A DNA stretch of 64,000 nt. Source: Takakia lepidozioides. Lineage: Eukaryota > Plantae > Bryophyta. The translations under genes and the position numbers were made by a program. The stretch covers positions 45,012,001 through 45,076,000 of the forward strand of contig CM060731.1 in assembly GCA_030704615.1 (NCBI GenBank), read 5' to 3'. Below the pieces are notes generated by a model. The model did not search any database and was not told where the DNA came from. It worked only from the letters and a program-made list of their open reading frames with translations. Below are positions 39,886-50,941 of this stretch, one piece after another; the first letter of the stretch is position 1; every line of letters starts with the position of its first letter.

Positions 39886-42641
39886 CTGCCTCCACCAAGA
39901 ACAAAAATGACCGTATTAAGGCAGTGTCTCTAGCACAACAACAAAAGCAAGGCATACAAGATAGCCAAAGAAGGACGCTTTGCCTGTAACAATCAAACAT
40001 GCGAATAAAACATAGCTTTAAAGACAAAGAAGACAACTTCAATGCAGGAGAAGAATAAAGACACACCAAAAGAGGGAGGGAGAGAAAAAGAAAGTGAAAT
40101 GAGACAAACCAGATTTGTCAACACGCTCAGATCCAGCAAGATCAACAAGCAGTAGTTTACTTCGTCGGATGGTTGGTGCATGTATTCCTTTATTTAGCTG
40201 TGGGGCTTGTGATCGTTCTGTTGCATTTAGCAGTACAGACCCTCATTCCATGATTTTAGCATCCATATCCTCACCAAACTCTTGAACCCCTACGAACACA
40301 TAAGGTCAAAAGTTTGATCCATTTCTCACCAGAAGCAGATGAACCACCATGAAAAGTTACCATCAGTAAACCGTAAATAGAAGAACATGCCAAGGGGGCC
40401 GGCTGCCAGAGGGCTAAGGCACAGTAAAACTACAAGACATTACCAAAGCACATGTCTATGAACCCCAATGTCACTATGAGACTACATGCAAGTTAGCTGC
40501 AAAAGCACTTCGGATCCTCAAGGCCTCTGGTAGCCCTGCGAAATCTTTGAGAAGAGACTAGGGGATTAGGAAAGAGAAGAACGAACGAATTCACTGTCTC
40601 CACTTCTTGGGCAGATCCTACCTTCACAAGGGGTGTTTATGTCACAAAAGAATTGGAAGAAAACGGGACGAGAGAAGGAAAAAAGAGCGAGAGGTGTTTT
40701 TGTGACCCCACAAGTTGTCTATGGATGAGGGATAGGTCCCAGTTGACCTGGATGGGGTATTGAGAAAACCTGAATATTGGTGATGAAAGGATGAAGTACA
40801 AGATGAGCCACAGAGTGCATAAGCACAAACTCTCTCCTGGTTGGTCCACGGCGTGCTCTCCCTTTCAGATAGACAGGGGCCTGAAATACACTTCTCAAGA
40901 AGTTAGTGATTACACAAACATGTTACAAGACGTGTTGCAGAACCCAAGAGAAAAACCCAAGGACGATACATTCTCCCCGTTCACATGAACCGCTTGATCA
41001 AGCTCTTTGCTGCTTTTACTACACATCACACTGTCAACCACCTGTGTAAAGCACTTTTCCTCCTGTAAAGAAAATGACGTTCATGAGCTGGATCAACAAG
41101 ATGCAGTTGGCTACCAAGGTAGTACAGAAAAGTGTGGTCACTATCCTGTCCGTTGCACATCCATGAGCAGTAACATTGGAAGGGATCATCACCTCCATAT
41201 GAACAAATGGCAGTGGCACAAATTCTGTGAATCCTCCAGATCGTTCCAATCTTGAGATTAAATAACTTCCAAAAAATATCAATGTGTGAAAGATACTTGT
41301 CTTGTCTCTTGGAGACATACCTTTTTTAAATTCTTACAGGACCTTCCAAGGAATGCATCAAGATAAAGACATGACACGTCTGGAACTTGACAACAATGCC
41401 ACAATGTGAAACACTGTATACCAATGGTGAGGGCGATCTAGGTGACCAAACATAATGGTGGACGTGGTTTGTAGTCCTACACTATGTGTTGTCTCCATAA
41501 TCTGCCCCAAGAAACACCAATTGTCAACATTTGTTAAAAGAAGTTACTTTCCAAAGATTTTGATCTCTCTGCAATCAGAGCATCCTTAGACATTTGGAAT
41601 ACCTAATCTAATTTTATTCGAATGTAAGTCCAATTAATGGAGCAAGCATTCTGTTCTATAAACCATTATTGAGCTATTGTTGTCTCCCTCCCAACTCTCC
41701 CCCCTGCTCTATCTAAACCCCACATGGCAAGCAACAAAGTATACCTTTCCCCTACTTTTCATTGTGGGCAAGCACTTCAGAGAGGAGAAACACCTCAAAC
41801 CACTGCTCGGTGTTGATTTTGTCGGGAAACAACACACTTCGCACCTCATCATCCAGAATCTGTGCACACAAATTGGTCCCTGGATCATAGTCTCTACACG
41901 AATACCTACTCTAGCTCTGAGAATTTTCATCATCTGCACAACTTTGACAAGATACTACTTGAAGGCTGTAAGTTTCACTCAAGACTCTGGTAGCACTATA
42001 TGCTCTAGTTGGCAGAAGGGACCACTGTTGCACAAGGATGGTTCAAGAGAGAATGTTGGGTTAAATCCTGGCACATAAACTCCATACAGTGCAAGTCAGA
42101 CAAACAGAGCCGGACAGGATAAACAGAGATGGAGCAACATCATACTTCAGCGGCTGTGCCAGGCAATGAACCAAGGCCTGTGCTCTTCAACTCCACTAGA
42201 AACTCTTTCACACTGCCATCAGGTCTGTATCAACAGACCATAATTTCGAGAAGAATGTATATACATGCACTTGACTGCCTGCTATGGAAGTTTAGGGTTG
42301 AGTACCCTCTTGTCTCAAAGCTAGCATCTAAATGTCTTTTCTAGAGAGGCATATTCTGAAATCCAACACTTCCTACTGCTCCCATCAATCCACACAATGC
42401 ATCCTTCTAGTTTGGCTTTCACAGAAAGATCTATTGATATACTCACTGGATTGTGCAACCTGTGATAGACCTGTGGCCAAAAATTCCATGCCCAAGTGAG
42501 ATTTAGCAGAAACGTGGGGGATATTTTGAGGAAGAGGAGAATTGCACCCTCTATCACTAGGGAGGCCTCAGTTGTGTTGTGGAACTTACCTTTAAAATGA
42601 AAGTTACTTAGGAAAGTTCTTACAAGACCATCAGTTTACTT

Positions 42642-42839
42642 TGTCGTGCGCATACATATCGCTACACAACTACATCGCTGTCCAAACCACACCACACATA
42701 TATGCACAATAAAGTAGTCTGCCACAATACACTGTGCTTATTTAACTTGACAGCTGTCGTGCGCATACATATCGTTACACAACTACATCGCTGTCCAAAC
42801 CACACCACACATATATGCACAATAAAGTAGTCTGCCACA
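42642..42839 (-). repeat. 3' terminal B-A-B repeat block
   Basis: B (85 bp, TG...CA) at 42755-42839 and 42642-42726, one mismatch seen. A (24 bp, ACACTGTGCTTATTTAACTTGACA on +) at 42729-42752 is identical to 54149-54172. Confidence 0.95.
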
Positions 42840-43099
42840 ATCGCCCCCCTAGCTGGTGGATAGGTCCCTCTACCTCCAGATAGCTACAAGATGTAATAGC
42901 CACAGCCGTACTAAGTCCTCTATCACTGTCCCTATTGTACTCAAACTCTATAGACCAAGAGGCCGGGTACAAGAGTAGCCCCATCGTTAGTCGTCGTCTT
43001 GCAATCTATGAACTTGAGCCAAGATCTCGTGTGTTCAAGGTCTCCTAGTAGCTGGGTCTTGCGTTTCTTGTTAACCTCCCATGGTTGTATCCACTCCCA

Positions 43100-43260
43100 C
43101 TATCCAATGCAATGTGGACATAACCAATCCCCATCCGGAACCATCTCAAGAGGTGGAGTCAAGCATCCCATATGCCAACCTCTAGAGCACCGATCACATA
43201 CCAGCATGGTGGCTGCCCCTTTAGCAGACCCACACAACATGCACCTCAAACCTGCAGATA
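43100..43260 (-). CDS. PHD finger at the integrase C-terminus
   Basis: CMLCGSAKGAATMLVCDRCSRGWHMGCLTPPLEMVPDGDWLCPHC fits the C4-H-C3 pattern. Confidence 0.95.
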
Positions 43261-44715
43261 CCACTGCCAGGTTTGGGTCAATCCTGCCATCGACATTCGG
43301 AAGGTGACATGGCGCACAATTACGCACATGGTCCTTCCAAGTGATGCCATCCCGACCCTCCAAGACCAAGACGCCTGAGGGCAAGACCTCTCGAACCCTC
43401 AAAATAACACGTCCTGCAGTCACATCCAGGGTCGTAGGAGCAGTCTGCTGCAGATAGACATAGTCACCAGGGTTGAATCTCCGAACCCCAGGACGATAGC
43501 CCACCACGTATGGTAGCATACCTCGAAGTAAGGTGTTGTGCAATGGCAAGGTTCTCGAAAGCCATGGGCATGACTTCTCTTGAACAACTCTGCACGCGCT
43601 GCTACACTGCCCGTGCCCACGTCCGGATCGTCAAGGTTAAGAACTGTAGCAGCTTCTCTGCGAATGGATGTAGGCAAATCCGGCTCTCGGCCAAAGAGAA
43701 GAAAGTATGGTGAGAAAGAGGCAAGTGATGCTTGCTTGCTGAACCTGTAGCCCATGGCTAACCAGGGTAACTGAAGGTCCCAATCTCCTAGGTGTCCCTT
43801 CTGCAAGCCATACTTGCGCAAACCCCTCTTTACTGTCTGAACAACTCTCTCTGCCAAGCCATCAGCTTCAGGATGATCCCGAGAAGTGGTGCGGTGGTCT
43901 ATCAAGGCCTTGTCACACAAAGCCTGAAACTCCCCCAAGAACTCTCTCCCTTGGTCCGTGAGTACCTCAGCTGGAGCACCGAATCGGCTAAGCACACAAT
44001 CCAGGAATGCATACGCAGCTCCCTCACTAGCCTTATCAGGCAATGGAACCAATTCAATCCACTTGGAGAAGTGCTCCACCATCACCAACACGTACTTGTT
44101 GTGGCGCATGGTCAGTGGCAACGGCCCTGCGAAGTCAAGACTCCACCTGTAGCCCAATCCCATGATCGGAAGAGGGTGCAATTGTGGAGTAGGGGCGTTG
44201 AATGAAGCACGCACCCTGTCACACACCATGCACCTAGCCACAAATTGTTGCACCTCTGTGTGCATACCACGCCACCAATACTGCCCCTGCAGTAGACTAT
44301 GAGTGCGTCGCACCCCAAAATGCCCCAACTCCTCATGGGCATGCCGCACTAACCGTGCCCGCTGTGTTGGGTGAGGCACAATCCTCACTCGACCATCCTC
44401 CCACACTCGGAGCAGGTGTGTCCCCTCCCACTGAACCTCTTGGCTCGTTGTAGGATCCGATCCCTCTCCTTGGCAGTCATAGTGGCTGCCGTGTCTCACT
44501 GCGGAGGTAGTCCAACACAACTGAATCCTCATGTATATCTTTGGCGCCACCTGCTCATTGCTGGCCTCAGGGTCCTCAGACACTTGATCTACAGTCATCC
44601 CTGTTGTAGGTCCAACCTGGCCTTCCGCTGCCAAGATACACAGAAATGCAGATGCATGCCATCCGGGCACCATCTCCTCGTCCGTCTCACCATGCCACCG
44701 AGCCGAGCTCCAGTG
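43261..44715 (-). CDS. integrase (HHCC zinc finger and DDE core), with frameshifts
   Basis: HEELGHFG...CMVC, RWSLDFAGP, VLTDQGREF, DGLAERVVQTVK and FSPYFLLFGR; the frame changes near 44480 and 43550-43620. Confidence 0.95.
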
Positions 44716-46221
44716 TCATCCTGCTGGCTCGTGCATGGATTGCGACTCAACCCATCTGCATTTCGATTGTCGATGCACCACCTGAAAGTCATACTCTTGA
44801 AGGATGAGTGCCCACCGTGCAAGCTTCCCCGTAAGCTTGTCTGACTCCATCAACCACTTGAGTGGTTGGTGATCCGTGACAAGGGTGAAGAGATTGCCGT
44901 ATAGATAGCACCTGAAGTGTGCCACGGCCCACACTGCAGCTAAGCATTCTCCCTCATATGAGCTATACTTAGACTCTGCAGCATTGTTCGAGCGACTAGC
45001 ATAAGCCACTACGAACTCTCTTCCCTCATCATCCACCTGTGTGAGCACCGCTCCAAGCCCCAGCATGCTCCAATCTGTATGCAGCTGAAAAGGACGCCCC
45101 CTGATAGGTCGTCTCAAGATGGGCGCCGAGGTCAACCTCGCCTTGAGCTCTTGAAAAGCTTGTTCTTGCTCATCTTCCCACTGCCACTCCTGGTCCACCT
45201 TGGTCAGCTTGGTTAGAGCCTTTGCAATGGCACTAAATCCCTTAACAAACCGTCTGTAATAGTTTGCTAACCCCATGAAAGCTCGAACTCGGCTCACATC
45301 CGTGGGACGTGGAACCTGTGCAATGGACTCTACCTTAGTCTGCTGTACCCCCAATCCTCCAGGATATATCATGTGACCCAGGTACTCAATCTGGTTGTGG
45401 AAAAACTTGCACTTGCCCGGATGTAACTTCAATCCGTGCGTCCTCAAGCGCTCAAATACCCCCTGAAGGTGTCTCTCATGCTCCTCCACCGCAGCACTAA
45501 AGATGATGATGTCATCTATGTAGCACCGAGCAAACTCCACCCCTGCTAGAATCCTGTCCATGACTCTTTGAAACTCAGCGGGAGCGTTTTTAAGCCCAAA
45601 TGGTAAGAACCGCCACTGGTATAGGCAATCCTTCCCGTGCTCATTGATCCCCCAGAATGCCGTCTTTTGCTTATCCGCCTCCTTGATCGGCAACTGGTGA
45701 TATCCGGATCGTAAATCCAACGTGCTAAAGACCTTGGAATGCCCAATGGCATCAAAGATCTCCTCTGGTGTTGGCATGGCATACCTATCGGACTTGGTCT
45801 GACGATTTACAGGCCGGTAATCACCGCACATACGTCTCTCCGTCCAATTGCCATAGACATCCTTCTTAGCTGGCATCACTGTGGCTGAAGCATACTCTCC
45901 ACCAGAGAGCTCCACCAAACCTGCCTCCCAGAGATCTTGAGTCCTCATCTGAATCAAAGACCTCTCCATGTCACTGTATCTATAGGGTCTCCGAAAGATT
46001 GGCGTGTCAGTGGCCAACTCAATACGGATCTCTTGACCCTTCAGTGCTCCCAAGTCCTTCAAACTGAAGGCAAAGCAATTCCTGTAAGCCCTCAGGAACC
46101 GCCGTATACGTCGTCTCTCTCCTCCGGTGACAATGGGTCCAATGTCAGGCTCCCAATTGTCCTCCGTAACTGCAACCTTAAGTCCAGTGGGCTTAGAGGT
46201 AGAGGACGCGTCCCGTGGTTG
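44716..46221 (-). CDS. reverse transcriptase and RNase H (Gypsy type), in frame with the upstream ORF across one TAG
   Basis: RMCGDYR, LDLRSGYHQ, LPFGLKNAP, YIDDII, LHTDWS, YSSYEGECLA and TDHQPL; 46221-46063 translates as 53 sense codons with no stop. Confidence 0.97.
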   Translation of the reverse strand, partial: QPRDASSTSKPTGLKVAVTEDNWEPDIGPIVTGGERRRIRRFLRAYRNCFAFSLKDLGALKGQEIRIELATDTPIFRRPYRYSDMERSLIQMRTQDLWEAGLVELSGGEYASATVMPAKKDVYGNWTERRMCGDYRPVNRQTKSDRYAMPTPEEIFDAIGHSKVFSTLDLRSGYHQLPIKEADKQKTAFWGINEHGKDCLYQWRFLPFGLKNAPAEFQRVMDRILAGVEFARCYIDDIIIFSAAVEEHERHLQGVFERLRTHGLKLHPGKCKFFHNQIEYLGHMIYPGGLGVQQTKVESIAQVPRPTDVSRVRAFMGLANYYRRFVKGFSAIAKALTKLTKVDQEWQWEDEQEQAFQELKARLTSAPILRRPIRGRPFQLHTDWSMLGLGAVLTQVDDEGREFVVAYASRSNNAAESKYSSYEGECLAAVWAVAHFRCYLYGNLFTLVTDHQPLKWLMESDKLTGKLARWALILQEYDFQVVHRQSKCRWVESQSMHEPAG

Positions 46222-49200
46222 CTATGCTGCAACCTCTTGAGCAGTACCCCCTTCCTGCTCAGTCAATGACAAGGCCTCATCCTGCCCCATCATTTCATCC
46301 TTGAGAACCTCCTCATCCCGAGAAGAATCCCCAACCTCATCCATCACAGCTGCCTTCGCTGCCAACTCCCTCTGAACCTCGAGCACCTCCCACATGTGCC
46401 ATGGATGTCTACACCTCGTGGTCCTCACCGGCTCGCCCCCACTCGCTGCCTGTACCGTCTCGGTAGGCAGAGAGACCGTCAAGGGAAGTACACTCCGCAC
46501 TCTACGTTGCTCAGCCATAGCCAAGCTGACAATCCAGGTCAAGCAATTGAGATCCATTGCTTGCCCCAACACCTGACGACGTGATGCCTCAGAAAGAGAA
46601 GGCACCGCCGTGGTCCCAGTGGAAAACCCCATAGCCCGCTCTCGCTCGTCGGCATTAGGCTCCACTAACTGCTGCAACTGAGCATCCCACAGGAGGCCAG
46701 GTCCACCATCCCGAAAAGCATGGGATCCTGGGAAGCTGAGCAGTGTAGGTAATGCTGCTCGTGGTTGACCCACCCTATTGACCACTGCCAAAGGCGAACG
46801 GTCATCGTGTCTCACACGTTGAGACTGCCTTCCTGTGTCCAAAATGCCATCCACGGTGAGGTGTGCTGGCCGCTGCACCCCATCAAATGCACGCTTGAGC
46901 AGTGCGGGTGGCATCAAGTTAGTCCACCATAGTCGTGGACGATGAGCCCGTGACCCCACTGCAGCTGCATCCAGCAACACTGCTGACCCAAGCCACGACC
47001 GGACTTGATGCACACTGGCCATCACCCTGGCCCGAGAATCACCCATCAGTGGTACATTCTCCAAGATGTATGCTGGAGATACAGCTTGATGAAGCTGCAA
47101 GCAACGCAAAATCCGCACCATCTCCCAAAACAGACCCGTCCTCGAGTCTCGTAATCCATTGCCATGCCCGGCTGATGAATGCCCTTGGCAGGGCCAACCT
47201 GCCACTATCAGATCAATAGAGCCAACCTGCTCCAAATCTTGCGCCCCCAACAAGGAAATGTCTGCTGGCAAGGCTTGTTGGTATCCACGAACTGCAGACA
47301 CAGGCAACAAGTCAGGGTACTGCTGTACCAACTGAGCCACATGGCGCAGTGAGACGCGTCGTGCAGTCTCATCCCTCTCCACATACAGGTAACGCCTTAC
47401 CCGCACACCTGCCTGTAGCACAGCAGCCAATCCGGTGCTGATCCCGCCAAACAAGTCCAGAAGGCAAATGCCTTCATCCGGCCGCTGCCATACAAGAGGT
47501 GTGGTGTCCAATGGCGACAACTGAGGTGGCCCTGGTGCAATCACCGAACTCTCCTCCTCTCCTGACGGTACAAAAGCTTCTTCCCAAGCTTGTTGCACCC
47601 GTCCATCAGCAGCTTGCTGCAAATCTTTGCTCGTACCCCACAACGGGGTGTGAGCAACCATGGCAGGCAACTCCGCCGTACCATGCATGTCATCCTGCTC
47701 TGCTGGAGGTGGCACATCCTCTGCATGGACATTGCCTTCCAGCAACTCTCCAGGCCAACTAACGGCAGCTGTGAAGGCGGCTAGTGTTGGCATCTGGCCC
47801 CGCTGGGCAGCTGCAATACCCCCAATGAATGTCACAGGGAGCTGTGCACGGCGACCATCCCCTGACTGCCATCCAGGCCTGTAGGATGCTGACTCCTCCC
47901 AGAAATCCAGGGTGAAGCCCATGGGGTATAACACTGCCCCACCAACGAGGACATCGTAAGAGACCGCGTCTGTCACAATGGCCTTGGCTCGCATCACTGA
48001 GCCATCTACAGGATGATCCGGCTGCAGTCTAATAGCCAACTGATGTCGTGTCATGCCGCGAGCCTGCTCTGATCCTCCCAGAGATGTCTGTATCTGGAAA
48101 GGACAAGGCTCCATATCCGCCTCCATGAGGCCCAAACCTGCAATAGCAGCTCTGCCCAACATCAGTGGCTGAGCTCCTGAGTCCAACAAGACCCGCAGTG
48201 GCCGGTACTTCTTGCCTGCCGGTCCACTCAAAGTGAAAATGCCTCCCTGGTTGTCTAACAAGACAACTCCAGGTGTCACCATGGCGCGCTCAATGGCTGG
48301 CCTAGCTGGCAGCTCCGTCAACCTAGCAGCTGCAGCTTGCCAGGGCGCTGCCGTGGCAGTCTTGACCCTCAAATCCGAGGATCCCTCTGCCACTACACCT
48401 TCCACTAACTCCGCAGAAGATGAAGTGACCTCCCCACTCTCACAGAGTGTTGCTGCTAGTCTGAACACTGCAGCTGGTCTCACCCCCGGCGTCGCAATCA
48501 TTGTTGCCGAGAACAGTGGGGCCTGACACACAGAGGTGGCTGCCCCCAATAACACACCGGCCGCACTAGCCTTGGCAGCAGGAGTCAATGCTGCACGTGT
48601 AGCTCTCCCCAATGGCATAGTAACCTCCGCCTCGGTAACAGTCGGGCGAGAACTAGGTGCCATGGATGGCGTTGACACAGTCTCCGCCAATGTGAATGAC
48701 TGAGGAAGCCTTGCCTGACGGCTTGCCTCCCCACGCTGTGGATCCAATTCCACCTCTGCACCTCGTGGCTCAGGAACTCGTGCTGCTCCTCGAGTCACGG
48801 CTGCAGCAGACTCCACCTGCTCTAGTGGTAGTGCTGCTCCGCACATAAATCCCATGCCTCCCATATCTCCTCCCTCAGGAGCAGGAGGTGGACCATCCCG
48901 CCTGGGAGCCGGTACCGCCTGAGCTATAGCCATGGCAGCGAGCCTCTGCTCTAGCTGCTGAAGCCGGTTGGCCATGCCTTGATCAACGCCCTGACCTCCG
49001 CGTCCTTGGCCATGTTGAGCTTGCCCTTGGCCTGCACCTCGTGCCCGACCACCTCGTCCTCTCTGGGCTGGTCCACCTCGCCCCCGGCCACCATTGTTCC
49101 CTTGGAACTGGCCTGGGCGCAACTCAGGATGCAAGTCATAACACTGGGCATCTCCATGCCCATACTTGCCACAATGCCCACACTGCAACTGTGCAGGCTG

Positions 49201-50430
49201 TGCTTGTGCCGGCCTTCTGCCACTCTCTGGGCAATCTCTCTTGACATGGGGTCCTCCACATGTCCAACATATCACCCCTGGTTGCTGTTGGCCTGCAAAA
49301 GATGCCACGGGCCTCTGCACCTGAGGCCCCCTGTAAGCTCCATGGAACTTGGGCTGGGCAACCTTGCCCCCCTGACCACGCTGTTGGGCAGTCCCTTGTG
49401 CTTGTGGGCTGACAGCTGTGCCCCGTACAGGCATGTCCTTGCCAAATCCAATTGTAACAACTCGTTCCTCCACCATGTTGAGCTCAATCCGCTCAGCCAG
49501 CAGAAACACATCTGCTAATGTGGGTTGGGCTGCTTGTAACAGGGTTGCATCTCGCACCCTTCTCTTGAGCTCCTTGTCCAGAATTCCATACCAAAACTGG
49601 ATTGCCTGAGCTTCAGTAACCCCTTGGGTCACACTTATCAAGCGCCTCATACGAGTGTACGCCTCTCGCAGGCTCTCACTGGGTTTGCGCTGGAAGTCTT
49701 GCAAACTTCGCAGCTTCTCTGTCCGTACACCTTGGTAGTTCCTCCGCAACTCCTGGAAGAACTCCACCACCGGGTTGAATCTAGGCACATGTGTTGTAGT
49801 TGTGGCAGGAGGAGTAGTAGCACCTTCTGAACTGGTACCACCTGCAGAAGTACCAGCACTACCTGCTCCACTACTAGTGCTGGCAGTGGGAGCTATTGGT
49901 ACTGATGCAGCTACTGGTCGCGTCGTGCCTCGAGTAATGGAGATGTAGTCAGGTGACCAATACATCCTCCACTCCTCAATCTCTGCTTCATGTCCTCGCC
50001 TGAACTCGTGGTAATCGTCCATAGGCGGGCCTTCCAAATGCTGGAACAGTCCCTTCCACGCCATGAATGGGGTGAATAGATGTGGATTGCGCATCTGCTG
50101 CAAATCACACCAGCTGTCGAACTCCTGGATAAAGTCATCCAACTCGATTGTGCCCACCGCTCCAGAGTACCTACGAGGCCCCTTGGTAGCTCCATACATC
50201 TCCTCCATGTCGTCCCACAACAATGGCGAATGAAAGTGCACACCTGTTGATGAAGCCTCCGAGTCTGTGTCTGACTCTACAGTAATTGAGGGTGGCGGTG
50301 AAGGTGGTCTGAACCGAATACCTCGTCTTGTGAACCCACTCTCACTGTTACTGCCTGTAGCCGTACTCCCCTCAAAACCCTTGGGTAACTCCGTAATGAC
50401 ACTCACAATGTGCACCTCCTCCAGTGACAC
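46222..50430 (-). CDS. Gag - aspartic protease - C5 cytosine DNA methyltransferase polyprotein (1402 aa)
   Basis: Retrotransposon Gag core, two zinc knuckles (CWTCGGPHVKRDC, CGHCGKYGHGDAQC) and protease LLDSGA. DNMT motifs at ~46525-47475: I DLFGGI, IV GWPCQG, VI ENV, VIII HRPRLWW, X RRQVLGQAM. Confidence 0.96.
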   Translation of the reverse strand: MSLEEVHIVSVITELPKGFEGSTATGSNSESGFTRRGIRFRPPSPPPSITVESDTDSEASSTGVHFHSPLLWDDMEEMYGATKGPRRYSGAVGTIELDDFIQEFDSWCDLQQMRNPHLFTPFMAWKGLFQHLEGPPMDDYHEFRRGHEAEIEEWRMYWSPDYISITRGTTRPVAASVPIAPTASTSSGAGSAGTSAGGTSSEGATTPPATTTTHVPRFNPVVEFFQELRRNYQGVRTEKLRSLQDFQRKPSESLREAYTRMRRLISVTQGVTEAQAIQFWYGILDKELKRRVRDATLLQAAQPTLADVFLLAERIELNMVEERVVTIGFGKDMPVRGTAVSPQAQGTAQQRGQGGKVAQPKFHGAYRGPQVQRPVASFAGQQQPGVICWTCGGPHVKRDCPESGRRPAQAQPAQLQCGHCGKYGHGDAQCYDLHPELRPGQFQGNNGGRGRGGPAQRGRGGRARGAGQGQAQHGQGRGGQGVDQGMANRLQQLEQRLAAMAIAQAVPAPRRDGPPPAPEGGDMGGMGFMCGAALPLEQVESAAAVTRGAARVPEPRGAEVELDPQRGEASRQARLPQSFTLAETVSTPSMAPSSRPTVTEAEVTMPLGRATRAALTPAAKASAAGVLLGAATSVCQAPLFSATMIATPGVRPAAVFRLAATLCESGEVTSSSAELVEGVVAEGSSDLRVKTATAAPWQAAAARLTELPARPAIERAMVTPGVVLLDNQGGIFTLSGPAGKKYRPLRVLLDSGAQPLMLGRAAIAGLGLMEADMEPCPFQIQTSLGGSEQARGMTRHQLAIRLQPDHPVDGSVMRAKAIVTDAVSYDVLVGGAVLYPMGFTLDFWEESASYRPGWQSGDGRRAQLPVTFIGGIAAAQRGQMPTLAAFTAAVSWPGELLEGNVHAEDVPPPAEQDDMHGTAELPAMVAHTPLWGTSKDLQQAADGRVQQAWEEAFVPSGEEESSVIAPGPPQLSPLDTTPLVWQRPDEGICLLDLFGGISTGLAAVLQAGVRVRRYLYVERDETARRVSLRHVAQLVQQYPDLLPVSAVRGYQQALPADISLLGAQDLEQVGSIDLIVAGWPCQGHSSAGHGNGLRDSRTGLFWEMVRILRCLQLHQAVSPAYILENVPLMGDSRARVMASVHQVRSWLGSAVLLDAAAVGSRAHRPRLWWTNLMPPALLKRAFDGVQRPAHLTVDGILDTGRQSQRVRHDDRSPLAVVNRVGQPRAALPTLLSFPGSHAFRDGGPGLLWDAQLQQLVEPNADERERAMGFSTGTTAVPSLSEASRRQVLGQAMDLNCLTWIVSLAMAEQRRVRSVLPLTVSLPTETVQAASGGEPVRTTRCRHPWHMWEVLEVQRELAAKAAVMDEVGDSSRDEEVLKDEMMGQDEALSLTEQEGGTAQEVAA

Positions 50431-50941
50431 TATAAGGCTCTAGTACTAATCTAATAGTGACACGGGTGGGCACCTGTTGCAGTCTAAGGGTCATATCCCA
50501 GTGGCTCAGGGCACCTGCACCTGCATCCACCGCAAGAACTCCTATGGTTGGCTGGTCATCAACCCAGCCTCACCATAGAAGAAACACTGGTGGTCTTGCT
50601 GGTCATCACTCCAGCCTCACCACCGACAGCATACTCTAGGATTGACCGGTGATCAAATCCGGCCTAATCCCTATGAAAGCAAGCGCCCACACAAAACCAA
50701 CATGGCGCACAGTCAAGCATGCAGGTGTTGGGGGGATCCAAACACAAGAAATCAAAACATCAACACCCCCACACCAAAATCCAGCTGCAATGCTGATCCT
50801 GCAGAATATCCCAGCCCAAAACCCCGGACTGACTGGCCTCCACCAAGAGAGGCTTTGGCAACTACAAGTATAAGGTAATGAAAATAGTACAGAGATGGAG
50901 GGGAAGAATAGAAGCCCGCCCAAGCAAGATCTAACCCTGAT

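Noticed and set aside
42642-42752. A+B as a conventional 111-bp 3' LTR
   Set aside because: The 5' end has only A, and the polypurine tract precedes the inner B rather than A.
46525-47475. Bacterial restriction-modification methyltransferase or contamination
   Set aside because: The domain is in frame inside a Gag-protease polyprotein of a TSD-bounded retroelement, in intron-containing plant DNA.
43792-49830. Numerous plus-strand and alternative-frame ORFs over the retroelement
   Set aside because: Shadow ORFs of a GC-rich coding region.
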